Assembly: GCA_965209035.1 (NCBI GenBank)
Contig: OZ242372.1
Coordinates: forward strand, 800,001-864,000
DNA from: Gammaproteobacteria bacterium
GTDB taxonomy: Bacteria > Pseudomonadota > Gammaproteobacteria > CBDBNL01 > JAAOII01
Length of the DNA: 64,000 nt
Direction: 5' to 3'
Positions 19,360 to 29,400 of the stretch are shown piece after piece. Below the pieces are notes generated by a model. The model worked only from the letters and a program-made list of their open reading frames with translations. It was not told the DNA's origin and searched no databases. The position numbers were made by a program, and so were the translations under genes. The stretch's first letter is position 1, and each line of letters starts with the position of its first letter.

Positions 19360-19418
19360 CAAAAAAGCCTTTTCCGGTTCGGTAAACGCATGCATCCCGT
19401 CAATTGCAGACGGGTCTC

Positions 19419-19970
19419 CTATTTGTCGGGGACGGGCGAAAGTAACCCTGTCAGTTTGTTGACCGTTCGCCAATTTCTGGTAGTGGCGGACATCTTAAGT
19501 TTGGACTCAAAGAATGTATTGGATAGTCTGGTGCGCGCATAACCGGCCGGCAGGTAAAAGAACAGTTCGCGCCCGCACAGTCGCACCTCTTCGCCGGATA
19601 TCTTGACACGCTCAATTGCCGGCAGCGGCAGGGAAGCGGGTTCTTCGGACAGAAAGGTAACATAAATGATGTTGGTGCCATCCGTTGAGTTCACAAAGGG
19701 ACAAGCGGCAATTGTCTGTTGCCATTGTGCCGCCGTGCGAACAAACACTTTAATTTGCAACCCAAATGCCTTCTCTATTGTTCTTTCCAAAGAACCTTCC
19801 AATTGCTCGGCCGGCTGCCTGTGTGCGGTGAACACCACATTCCCGCTTTGAATATAGGTACTCACTTTTTTAAGCCCTGTCTCTTCGTAAACGGCCGCCA
19901 ATTCCTTCATACGGATAGGATTTCGCCCCGCCATATTGACACCGCGCAACAGAGAAACATAGGTTTCCAT
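19419..19970 (-). CDS. DUF1697 family protein
   Basis: YVSLLRGVNMAG, TYIQSGNVVF, TTRNWRTV. Confidence 0.9.
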   Translation of the reverse strand: METYVSLLRGVNMAGRNPIRMKELAAVYEETGLKKVSTYIQSGNVVFTAHRQPAEQLEGSLERTIEKAFGLQIKVFVRTAAQWQQTIAACPFVNSTDGTNIIYVTFLSEEPASLPLPAIERVKISGEEVRLCGRELFFYLPAGYARTRLSNTFFESKLKMSATTRNWRTVNKLTGLLSPVPDK

Positions 19971-20093
19971 TTCTCAAATTATACACAGAACAGCAATAGA
20001 GTAACCCGCTGCACTTCACACAAAAAAGAAAAGGTTGCCCGTATGATCGGCACACCACAGAATTTGTGGTATGAAAATGTATAAAATAAACCT

Positions 20094-21512
20094 ATGAACA
20101 TACGGGAAGAACTCAACTTCCTCGCAGACATTCTCGAACAACACTACGGACGGGACGGCCTGGCAACCCAACGCACAGAGCCTGTCGTGCGTATGGAGAG
20201 TATTCGCCAAATTATCCGGGAACTTGGCTCCGAAAAATGGATCCGCGAGGGCGGCTTGCACGGCAAGGCCATGGCGGATTTTTTACCTCTTTATCTTAAG
20301 TATTGCACCAAGATGCCGCATCCCGGCAATATGAACCATCAGGTGAGTGTGCCCAATCCGCTGAGCGGCATTGCCGGACTGATCGCGGGCACTGTTTCCA
20401 ATCCGATGAATATCTATGAGATGGGGCCGGCCGCGGCAGCCTTGGAGTTTTTTCTTATCAATCATTTTCTCACCAAGGTTGGCTGGACGCCACAGCCCTA
20501 TCCGGATGCACCACAACACATACCGTCCGGCGGCGGTCTTCTAACCCACGGCGGCACCTTGGCAACTCTTAACGCGATAGTGGCATCACGCAGCCGTGCC
20601 TTGCGGGAGAATCGTCTCAAAAATAAAACACCCGTTATTGTGTCTTCGGACACGGGGCATTTCGCTGTCGCACAGGCGGCACTCGTGATGGCCGCCGAAA
20701 ACATCACGGTTGTCACCGACGAAAACGGATCAATGATCCCGGCAGCATTAAGACAGACACTGCAAAAACACCGGGACAAGGGTGTGATTACCGTTGTTGC
20801 CAATTCCTGCAATACGCCGGTTGGGGCTTTTGACGATCTGCACTCTCTCGTCGCAATCTGTCGCGAATACGCGGTCCCGTTACATGTTGACGCGGCACAC
20901 GGAGGCAGTCTGCTGATGAGCAAAAAACTGCGCCACAGACTAAACGGCATAGAACTGGCGGATACGGTAGTCTGGGATGCGCACAAACTGATGCGCACAA
21001 ACGGGATATGCACGCTACTCTTGGCACGGGATCGCAAGGACTTGGATTTGGCTTTGCAACGCAACGCCAGTTACATTTTTCACGCAAAGGAGCAACCGGG
21101 ATTTGACTTCATGGGACGCACTCTGGAATGCACCAAAACATCTCTTGCGTTTAATCTTTTTCATTCGCTCGCCTATGCGGGCGAAGATGCCATTGGCAAT
21201 TATGTGGAGCAGGTCTGCGAACTAACCGAGACCGCATCGGAAATTCTGCGTCATGCCGGTCAAGTCTGCGCGGTGCCTCCCCAATGTAACATCTTGTGCT
21301 TTCGCCCGCCGCAATTGCATGACGACGCCATTACCCCATTAAGAGACAAACTGCGTAATGACCACAATTTTTTCCTCAGTTCCACCCTATTCAAAGGCAA
21401 ACGCTGGCTTAGATTGGTCATCATGAGCCCGCATACGCAGCAACAGGATATAGAAAAATTGGCATCTTGTTTGCGCGATACCTATTCAAAATCCCCTCAA
21501 AGATCGACGTAA
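20094..21512 (+). CDS. Group II PLP-dependent amino-acid decarboxylase, substrate unknown
   Basis: NPMNIYEMGPAA, GGTLATL, HFAV, LHVDAAHGG, WDAHKLM (PLP lysine), NILCFR. Confidence 0.88.
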   Translation: MNIREELNFLADILEQHYGRDGLATQRTEPVVRMESIRQIIRELGSEKWIREGGLHGKAMADFLPLYLKYCTKMPHPGNMNHQVSVPNPLSGIAGLIAGTVSNPMNIYEMGPAAAALEFFLINHFLTKVGWTPQPYPDAPQHIPSGGGLLTHGGTLATLNAIVASRSRALRENRLKNKTPVIVSSDTGHFAVAQAALVMAAENITVVTDENGSMIPAALRQTLQKHRDKGVITVVANSCNTPVGAFDDLHSLVAICREYAVPLHVDAAHGGSLLMSKKLRHRLNGIELADTVVWDAHKLMRTNGICTLLLARDRKDLDLALQRNASYIFHAKEQPGFDFMGRTLECTKTSLAFNLFHSLAYAGEDAIGNYVEQVCELTETASEILRHAGQVCAVPPQCNILCFRPPQLHDDAITPLRDKLRNDHNFFLSSTLFKGKRWLRLVIMSPHTQQQDIEKLASCLRDTYSKSPQRST

Positions 21513-21536
21513 GTTCTCGTAAAATAATCTTATCGG

Positions 21537-21619
21537 GCCGAGGTGGCGGAATAGGTAGACGCGCCGGTCTCAAAAACCGGTTCCTTTTGGGAGTGCGAGT
21601 TCAAGTCTCGCCCTCGGTA
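21537..21619 (+). tRNA. tRNA-Leu(CAA), CCA not encoded
   Basis: Acceptor stem GCCGAGG/CCTCGGT, D-loop GGAATAGGTAGAC, anticodon arm CCGGT-CTCAAAA-ACCGG, long variable arm, T-loop GTTCAAGTC. Confidence 0.95.
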
Positions 21620-21704
21620 TTGATAAAGTAACAAAAAGAACGCAACCGATCAACTGGCGCCGCAAGTGGCATTAAACAAAAAAATACCCCAAGAAAATAT
21701 AAAA

Positions 21705-22724
21705 ATGACTCCGACCGGGCCATCCGAACTACCGGGCGTATCCCGAGCAAGCGATTTTCATGTCCCGATATGTAGCGGTGAGCCGGCCGGGATCGGGCCC
21801 GACCTGTGTCTGACATTGCCGGAAAGCGAAAGGAGGGACGCCTTGATTGTCGGAGATCGCAACCTGCTGGAACAACGTGCCCGCCAATTGGGATTAACCC
21901 TAAAAATAACCGACGAATTCGCATCTCCGGCCAAAAATAAACTGCGCGTATTGCATGTTGGCATAAGGACCCCCGTTCATCCCGGCAAACCGAACCCGCA
22001 AAATGTCACTTATTTAACAGAAATCATTCGTAAAAGCGCGGACCTCGCACGCGCACATGGCACGGGCCTGGTAACATGCCCGACTGACAAAGCACTCATT
22101 GCCGGCACAGGGATTCCTTTCACAGGTCTGACCTCCTATCTGCGCGAACTATGCGGGGCTGCCGCCACTTTGAGTATGTTCGTCGGCAAGGTTTCCGCCA
22201 AGGAGACCCTACGCGTCTCTTTTGCAAGTATGCACATCCCCTTGGCAAAGGTGCCGACCAGCCTGAATGCCAATCTCATAAAAGAAACTGTGCGACAAAC
22301 CCGCGGGGTTCTCCGCCAACACTTCGGTATCCGCCAACCGAAGTTGGCGTTGTGCGGTCTCAATCCGCATGCGGGCGAAAACGGACTGCTCGGCAATGAA
22401 GAAGCCGAGTATCTAAACAACTGTGCGGATGAACTCAAAAAAGAAGGAGTTCGGCTGTCGGGGCCGCTGCCCGCGGATTCGCTGTTTGCCTCCGTCAATC
22501 GTTGCAAGTACGATTGCATTATTGCCCTGTTCCACGACCAGGGACTGACACCTTTCAAGGCTCTTACCTTTGGCAAAGGAGCCCAAATCACATTTGGGTT
22601 GCCGTTCATCCGAATCTCGCCGGATCACGGCACCGCCTACGCCTTGGCGGGAACAGGAAAGGCGGACTGCGGAAGTTTTGCATTTGCCTGTCGTCTTCTG
22701 CGTGAAATCCGGTCGCCGCAATAA
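21705..22724 (+). CDS. pdxA: 4-hydroxythreonine-4-phosphate dehydrogenase
   Basis: GEPAGIGPD, CGLNPHAGENG, GPLPADSLF, HDQGLTPFK, GLPFIRISPDHGTA. Confidence 0.95.
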   Translation: MTPTGPSELPGVSRASDFHVPICSGEPAGIGPDLCLTLPESERRDALIVGDRNLLEQRARQLGLTLKITDEFASPAKNKLRVLHVGIRTPVHPGKPNPQNVTYLTEIIRKSADLARAHGTGLVTCPTDKALIAGTGIPFTGLTSYLRELCGAAATLSMFVGKVSAKETLRVSFASMHIPLAKVPTSLNANLIKETVRQTRGVLRQHFGIRQPKLALCGLNPHAGENGLLGNEEAEYLNNCADELKKEGVRLSGPLPADSLFASVNRCKYDCIIALFHDQGLTPFKALTFGKGAQITFGLPFIRISPDHGTAYALAGTGKADCGSFAFACRLLREIRSPQ

Positions 22725-23535
22725 TTCACTCGGCAAAGGCAAGCCGCCGGCACGCAAGCATCTGGGGCAGCATTTTCTGACAAACCCGTTCTTCCTTGAA
22801 GCAATGTTGGAAAAAATTAATCCGCAAGATCACGAGTCTTTCGGCGAAATTGGCGCGGGGGACGGCATCCTAACCGTTCCTTTGGCAAGATCCTGTGCAA
22901 AATTGGTTGCCATAGAAGTGGACCCGCGTCTGTTCGCGCTCCTCAAAAAAAATACCGCTCAGCATGCCAATGTCACATTAATATTCGGCGATGCTCTCAC
23001 CGCGGACACGCGGTCGGTGCTGCCAACAAATGCCCGCCTTGTCGGTAATCTGCCTTATAATAGAAGCGTAGCAATTATAGAAAAATACCTTCAACGAGCG
23101 CAACGAGCGGATACCGCCAACACAGAGGACATGCACTTTTTAGTTCAACGAGAAATCGCCCAACGACTATTTGCCGAACCGGGCACCAAAGATTATGGCA
23201 GACTCAGTTTGTTGCGTCATTGGCATGCGACGGGAGAAACCCTGTTTGAGGTCCCGCCCGAGGCATTTAGCCCGCCGCCCAAAGTATGGTCCGGCTTCAT
23301 TCGCCTAAAAACGCATCACCGGGGGCCCGAACTGAAAAATGATCCGGAATTAAAAAAATTAATCCGTGCCGTGTTTCATCGCAAGCATCGCAAACTGGCA
23401 AATAACCTGGACGCCTATGCAAACGCAAAGGGTCTTTTGGACGAAATGGGCATCGCCGACAAACGCGCTTTGGATGTAACTCCGTCCGAAATCATAGAAC
23501 TATTTAAAAAAATAAAAAAGCAAAACACAAACTAA
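22702..23535 (+). CDS. rsmA: 16S rRNA m6,2A dimethyltransferase
   Basis: ARKHLGQHFL, EIGAGDG, VGNLPYN, YGRLS, VPPEAFSPPPKV. Probable GTG start overlapping the pdxA end (start uncertain). Confidence 0.93.
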   Translation: MKSGRRNNSLGKGKPPARKHLGQHFLTNPFFLEAMLEKINPQDHESFGEIGAGDGILTVPLARSCAKLVAIEVDPRLFALLKKNTAQHANVTLIFGDALTADTRSVLPTNARLVGNLPYNRSVAIIEKYLQRAQRADTANTEDMHFLVQREIAQRLFAEPGTKDYGRLSLLRHWHATGETLFEVPPEAFSPPPKVWSGFIRLKTHHRGPELKNDPELKKLIRAVFHRKHRKLANNLDAYANAKGLLDEMGIADKRALDVTPSEIIELFKKIKKQNTN

Positions 23536-23540
23536 AAACA

Positions 23541-23930
23541 ATGAAACAAACCCTTTCCAAAGGAAATAAATTTGAGATCCGAGTGGATGCCTATTTTGAC
23601 GAAGAGCATTCGCAAGTGGAGCAAGAGAAGTATGTGTACATCTACTCCATCCGCATCAAAAACCTCGGCAGGAAAAGTGCGCAGCTGCTTAAGCGCAAAT
23701 GGCTCATCACAAACGAAGACGGCGAATCCCTGATCGTGCGCGGGGACGGCGTGGTTGGAGAACAACCGGTGATTCTGCCCAACAATTCTTACCGGTATAC
23801 CAGCGGTGTTGTCTTGGAAACGGAAATAGGGACCATGGAAGGGGAATACACAATGCGGGATGAACGTGGCAAAGAATTCAAAATACCAATTAAAAAATTT
23901 ACCCTGTCCGTCCCCCGCCTGCTGCATTAA
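23541..23930 (+). CDS. apaG: ApaG protein
   Basis: YSIRIKN, QLLKRKWLI, VRGDGVVGEQP, YRYTSG, GTMEG; conserved operon position. Confidence 0.96.
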   Translation: MKQTLSKGNKFEIRVDAYFDEEHSQVEQEKYVYIYSIRIKNLGRKSAQLLKRKWLITNEDGESLIVRGDGVVGEQPVILPNNSYRYTSGVVLETEIGTMEGEYTMRDERGKEFKIPIKKFTLSVPRLLH

Positions 23931-24001
23931 TATTAATACGACTCGGGAAGTCCGGGAGTTTGGAAGCTTAGCCGGGAAATCGGACTTCTGTTAACAAAAA
24001 C

Positions 24002-24895
24002 ATGGCCACCTACGCCATAGGAGACATTCACGGCTGTTACCGCTCTTTGCGAGCATTACTGGAAAAAATAAACTACCGTCCGCAGACGGACATCCTTTGG
24101 TTCACCGGCGACCTGGTCGGCAAGGGCCCCGAACCCTTACGGGTCTTGCGACAAATAAAAAGCATGCACGAGGAGAATCCGCGCCTGCAAATTGTTTTGG
24201 GGAATCACGATCTGCATCTGATAGCGACGGCTCTTGCCGTTTTTGAACCGGCGGCGGAAGCAAAGCAGGACCCAACGCTTGCCGAGACGCTCGCCGCGGA
24301 TGCGAAGGACCCGACCCTGCTGGACTGGCTGAGGTGCCAGCCGCTGCTCTGTCATAGCCGCGAACATCACACGGTATTGACCCATGCCGGCATCCCGCAC
24401 ATTTGGACATTGAACACTGCGAAGCAACAGGCACGCACCATCGAAAAATTGCTGCGGCTCCCCCGACCGGAATTAAAAAAAGCCCTGCCTCTGCTCTATG
24501 GCAACCGCCCGAACGGTTGGTCGCAATGTGCCGATTTTTGGGACAGAGCGCGTTTGAGCGTGAACTATCTCACACGCATGCGGTTTTGTGACAACCGCGG
24601 CAGCTTGGATTTGGAACAAACGGGAAAAACACACCCGAATTCGGACTATGCCCCCTGGTTTTCCTACGAACCGCTTGTCACACAACGGCAAGTCTTTGGT
24701 CACTGGGCGGCATTACGCGGCAAAACCGGCAAGCCGGGTATTTGGGGGATGGATTACGGCTGTGTGTGGGGCGATACTCTGGCCGCTCGCAGCCCGGAGG
24801 ACGGCAGGTGTTATTTCGCCCCCTATGCCGAAAAAATATCATCCGAAAAAACATCACCAAAAAAAATGCCGCCCGACAAAGTAACCCCTCAATAA
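24002..24895 (+). CDS. apaH: Symmetrical bis(5'-nucleosyl)-tetraphosphatase
   Basis: MATYAIGDIHGC, TGDLVGKGP, VLGNHDLHL, HAGI, LTRMRF, FGHWAAL, GCVWG. Confidence 0.96.
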   Translation: MATYAIGDIHGCYRSLRALLEKINYRPQTDILWFTGDLVGKGPEPLRVLRQIKSMHEENPRLQIVLGNHDLHLIATALAVFEPAAEAKQDPTLAETLAADAKDPTLLDWLRCQPLLCHSREHHTVLTHAGIPHIWTLNTAKQQARTIEKLLRLPRPELKKALPLLYGNRPNGWSQCADFWDRARLSVNYLTRMRFCDNRGSLDLEQTGKTHPNSDYAPWFSYEPLVTQRQVFGHWAALRGKTGKPGIWGMDYGCVWGDTLAARSPEDGRCYFAPYAEKISSEKTSPKKMPPDKVTPQ

Positions 24896-24970
24896 TCCCA
24901 ACAATCCCAACAACCCCAACAATCCCAATAATCCCAACAACCCCAATAATCCCAACAACCCCAACAATCT
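24890..24970. repeat. 9-bp tandem repeat (CAAYAAYCC)x9
   Basis: caataatcc/caacaatcc/caacaaccc units starting at the apaH stop codon. Confidence 0.9.
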
Positions 24971-25233
24971 CTCAAAGAACTTTAATCTTTTTTAATGCTC
25001 CCGGATTTTTTGAGTGTTTGCCGTGGCAACGGATGACCGCCAAATAGCGGAAATACGGAAAGTAGTTACAAGAACCGCCGACGGCTTGAATCGTTTTTAG
25101 AACAACTTTAAAATAACCCCCGGTCCCCGCAAAGACTATGCACTGTTTATCGCCGCTCGTCGCTTTGCGCGGTGCTTACCCGCTTTTAAGACACTTCCAT
25201 ACCGGTCATAATCATTGCAACCGCGCGCGCAAT

Positions 25234-26322
25234 TTAAGGCATCAAACTCGCCTGCTGCAGACCGGTTGTTTCCTTGAGACCGAAAAGAATATTCATATTC
25301 TGCACCGCTTGACCGGCGGCACCCTTCACCAGGTTATCCAACACCGAGCAAACGATCACATAGTCCGACTGCGGCGGCGCAAAAACAGCCAGTTGGCAAT
25401 GATTACTGCCGCGCACCGACTTGACACGCGGTGCTATGCCCGCCGGGAGTATCCGCACAAACGGCTCTTCGGCATAAAACTCCGCATAGACGCGGCGAAT
25501 CCTGTCCGCGTTCTTCTCTTTTTTACCAAGTGGTAAATACACAGTCGCAAAAATACCGCGGGCGATCGGCAACAAATGCGGAACAAACCGCAACCTCAGC
25601 GGGTGCTGCCAGCTGCCGCCGTAAAGTTCCAAAAGATGATTTTCCATTTCCGGTTGGTGGCGATGGCCTGCGGCCGCATAACAAGTAAAATCCTCACTCG
25701 CTTCGCTGAGCGACAGATGGACTGCGCCTTTGCGCCCGGCACCGCTGGTACCGGACTTGGCATCCGCCACAAGTTCGCAGCCGTCAAAGACGGCATTGTA
25801 TTCTTTTGATGCGAGCAGCGGCAAAAGAGCCAGTTGAATTGCGGTCGCATAACAACCCGGATTGGCGACAAGTCGGGCCCGGACAATCTCCTTTCGGCCG
25901 GCTTCCGGCAAACCATAGACCGCTTCCTTCAACAGATGCTGACTCTCGTGCCGCATTGCATACTGTGTTTCCCAAAGAGCGGGATCTTTAATACGAAAAT
26001 CCGGCGACAAATCTATGACCTTAATGTTTTGTTCCAACATACCCGCCGCCGCGCGCATGGCAATACCGGCGGGAGTGGCAAAGAATACGCAATCGCATTC
26101 GCTCCAATCGGGAGTATCCGTTGAACTTAAAACAAGATCGCCCGCCTTTGTCATTAAAAAAGATTCGAGATGCGGATGCAGTTCCCGTAAATGTTTGCCG
26201 CTGTGAGCATGCGAGACGATACGCGTAACACGCACCCGCGGATGTGCCAAAAGAATTCTGAGCAGCTCGCCGGCCGTATAGCCGCTTGCCCCGTAAACTC
26301 CCGCCTTAATTTGATCTGTCAT
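25234..26322 (-). CDS. argC: N-acetyl-gamma-glutamyl-phosphate reductase
   Basis: GASGYTAGELLR, VIDLSPDFR, AVYGLPE, ANPGCYAT, SGTSGAGR, DNLVKGAAGQAVQ. Confidence 0.97.
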   Translation of the reverse strand: MTDQIKAGVYGASGYTAGELLRILLAHPRVRVTRIVSHAHSGKHLRELHPHLESFLMTKAGDLVLSSTDTPDWSECDCVFFATPAGIAMRAAAGMLEQNIKVIDLSPDFRIKDPALWETQYAMRHESQHLLKEAVYGLPEAGRKEIVRARLVANPGCYATAIQLALLPLLASKEYNAVFDGCELVADAKSGTSGAGRKGAVHLSLSEASEDFTCYAAAGHRHQPEMENHLLELYGGSWQHPLRLRFVPHLLPIARGIFATVYLPLGKKEKNADRIRRVYAEFYAEEPFVRILPAGIAPRVKSVRGSNHCQLAVFAPPQSDYVIVCSVLDNLVKGAAGQAVQNMNILFGLKETTGLQQASLMP

Positions 26323-26411
26323 TTTTCGTTGGTTTTATTTGTTGTTAATATTTTATAGTGCCAACAAGAAACGACACAAATATTAAAAAATGATCCTGCG
26401 GAAGTTGCCTC

Positions 26412-29400
26412 CTACCGACCCTGACCGGAACCGACTATACCACCGGGAACACAGGCAAGTGCCGGGTACTGGTCGACACCGCCCAGATCCCAGACAGGGA
26501 CAAAGGGGGCACCGGGGCCGCCGGCCGTCCTGTTTTCCCGGATCTCGAGACTATCCGGATCACACCAGAAGTTGCCCCAATCGGCATAGATACTGTCGGC
26601 AAAAGTGGTCGGGTCTTGCAATTCCGGCATCGTTTTGCCTTCGCCGCGGCTGCCGGGAGTGCCGGCACTGGTTGACTGTCCCGTGATTTCATTATCCCAA
26701 TAGGAGGCGATAACCGTTGGTGTGAGAGTGCTACGTAACACATTGGAGCCAAGTAACCCGCCGACGGCCCTGCCGCCCGAGACAGGAGTAGCCACATAGG
26801 AATAACGAATATCGGGCCCGCCACCGCCAACCAGACCACCGACCCGATTATTACCGAAAACGCGGCCGCCGACCACATAGGAATGATGAATAGTACTAAT
26901 ATCTCCGCTGCCAATCAAACCGCCGACTTGATTATTACCGGAAACATCTACGCCGGACACATAGGAATGATGAATCTCAACAGGCTGCACATTTGAAGTA
27001 CTGGGATCCAGACTTTCACCAGTCAGTCTTTCACCGACCATGCCACCGATATTGTTAGTACCGGTAACAGTGCCACCGAATACGGACACAGCACGAATCA
27101 TAGCATCATTCATCACTCCGACCAGGCCACCGACCCCCCGGCCGGTACCGGCAACAGTGACATTGAACACGGATACAGCACGAATCGTAGCCTCGTCCGC
27201 TTGACCAATCAGACCGCCTACGGATGCATCACCGGAAACAACAATATCGGATACATGGGAATCACGAATCTCAACGTGCGACCCGCTCGCGCTTTCCGCG
27301 TAACCGATCATCCCGCCCACTCGATTCCGCCCCGGACTCGTTATCGTTCCCCCAATCACCGACAGATTTTCATAACGAGCCGACCCCGACCCGGTAAAGC
27401 CCACGAGCAGGCCCACATTAGCGGCACCACCGCTAACATTCGCATTCAAGAGACGCAAATTTTGAATGCTACCATCTTGTAAAGAGGCAAATAACCCCAC
27501 TCCACTGACGGTATCCGCCGCCGCAATGAACAGATCGGCAATATGATAACCGCCGCCGTCAAAGGTTGCCGTATAACGGGCGTTGCAAGTATTCTCATTA
27601 GAACAGGAGCCAATCGGCACCCAGCCACTGCCGGCAGGATCCGTCCAGTCGTCCATATTAACGCTGCTCGCGTTATAGGAATCCGCATCGCTAAAATTCA
27701 ACGAGCGTGCCAGTTCGTAACCGGCACAGCCGGAACTCGGACAGCCCACAGAACCCACGGCGGTAATCCCGGTAATACGGCCATCATCCGCCCCATCGCC
27801 ATCCAGATCATCGCGTAGCCGCGCCAAGTCATCCAAAGTGTGAATCTCTATCAAGCCATTGTTATCATCGTCCGCATCATTTAAGCCAATCACATTGTCA
27901 CCGTCGGTATCCTCGCAAACATCCCCTATATTGTTTCTATTCTTATCGGTCTGCAGCGGATTAAACAGCATGGGACAATTATCCGTATCATCATTCACAT
28001 CATCATTGTCATCGTCCGGGTCCAAAAAGTCCGGCAACAAATCACCGTCCGTATTCCGACCTGTAATCACACTTGTATTTGTGGGTCCATATCTCCTTCC
28101 ATCCGCGGCGATCACAAACAAGGAAATATTATATTCGGTCTCATCCGCCAGATTCTCGAGCCGATAAAATGCCCGAACCGAAGAACGCAGTTCGTCCGTG
28201 CTCAGAACCGTCCTTGTCACCCCCGCACCCTGCCAGTTAATCTCAATGGCACGGGTCTCACCGCTCGGATTCATCCAACTCAGTAGCACGCCGCCGGCCA
28301 AAGGTGCCGCAACCAGATCCCGAACAGGTCCCTTTGCCACCGGCCGCCCCTGACCGCGACTCATCACTCCACCGGGAACACAGGTCAGTGCCGGGTACTG
28401 GTCGACATCGCCCAGATCCCAGGCGCGGTAAGCATCCGTCGTCAATTCAGTCGCATCGTCCGTTTCCGCAAAGGTCCCGGTGGACGGATCACACCAAAAG
28501 TTGCCCCAAGCCGCATAAATGCCGGTAAAGTTCGTCGGTTGTTGCAAGGCGGTGCCACTCAAACCCAGTGCACCGCTCGGCTGATCGCTCGGCAAAGCCC
28601 GCGTCAGTCCCGTCGCATCCGAATTCCAATAAGAATTTTCCGCAAAATTGGGTGCGGAGAGACTAGTCCCCAGAAAAGTACCGATTTGACCCCCATTACT
28701 CGTTTCTACAATCGGGCCGTTTAACGCATAAGAAGAAACGACTTCAATCGATGAACTCACATCGCCAAATTGCGGGTCACCTACAAAACCGCCCACTCGC
28801 GAATCACCAATCACCGCACCACCCAAAGTATAAGAAGCGACTATCCGTGGCGTCATCCTATTCCCGTTCAAAATACTGTCCCGCGATGCCCCCAATAAAC
28901 CGCCGACAGCCGTAGCCACCGAATTCACAGCCGGCACGGATACGTTCACATCACTCGTATAAGAAGCAACAATCTTAACACCTTGTGTCTCACCGCCGAA
29001 ACCGCCCAGGCGACCATAACTGTTAAGGTTACCGCGCACATTCGCATCAGCCACATAGGAAAAATTAATTGCCGTTCTTATGCCAAAACCCAGCAGACCG
29101 CCCAGAACTCCGCGCCCGGACACCCGACCATCTGTAAAAAACGACGAACGAATCACCGAGCCATCCGCATCCGTCCCCAGCAGACCGCCAACCCGGCTTT
29201 CGCCCAGCACACTTCCGCCGGTTACGGACGAGAAAAGAATCTCCGTGCCCGAACCATCACCCACCAAACCGCCAACCGAAGTCGCGTCCGGGCTCGCAAT
29301 ATCCGTCCCCACAACAGACACATTGTCCGCCACAAGTCCGCGACCATAGCCCGCCAGAGTGCCTATATCTCCTTCGCCACCCGCAATGGTCACATTTTTC

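Noticed and set aside
17514-21619. Genomic island integrated at tRNA-Leu
   Set aside because: The accessory genes lie 5' of the tRNA; no integrase or duplicated tRNA end was seen.
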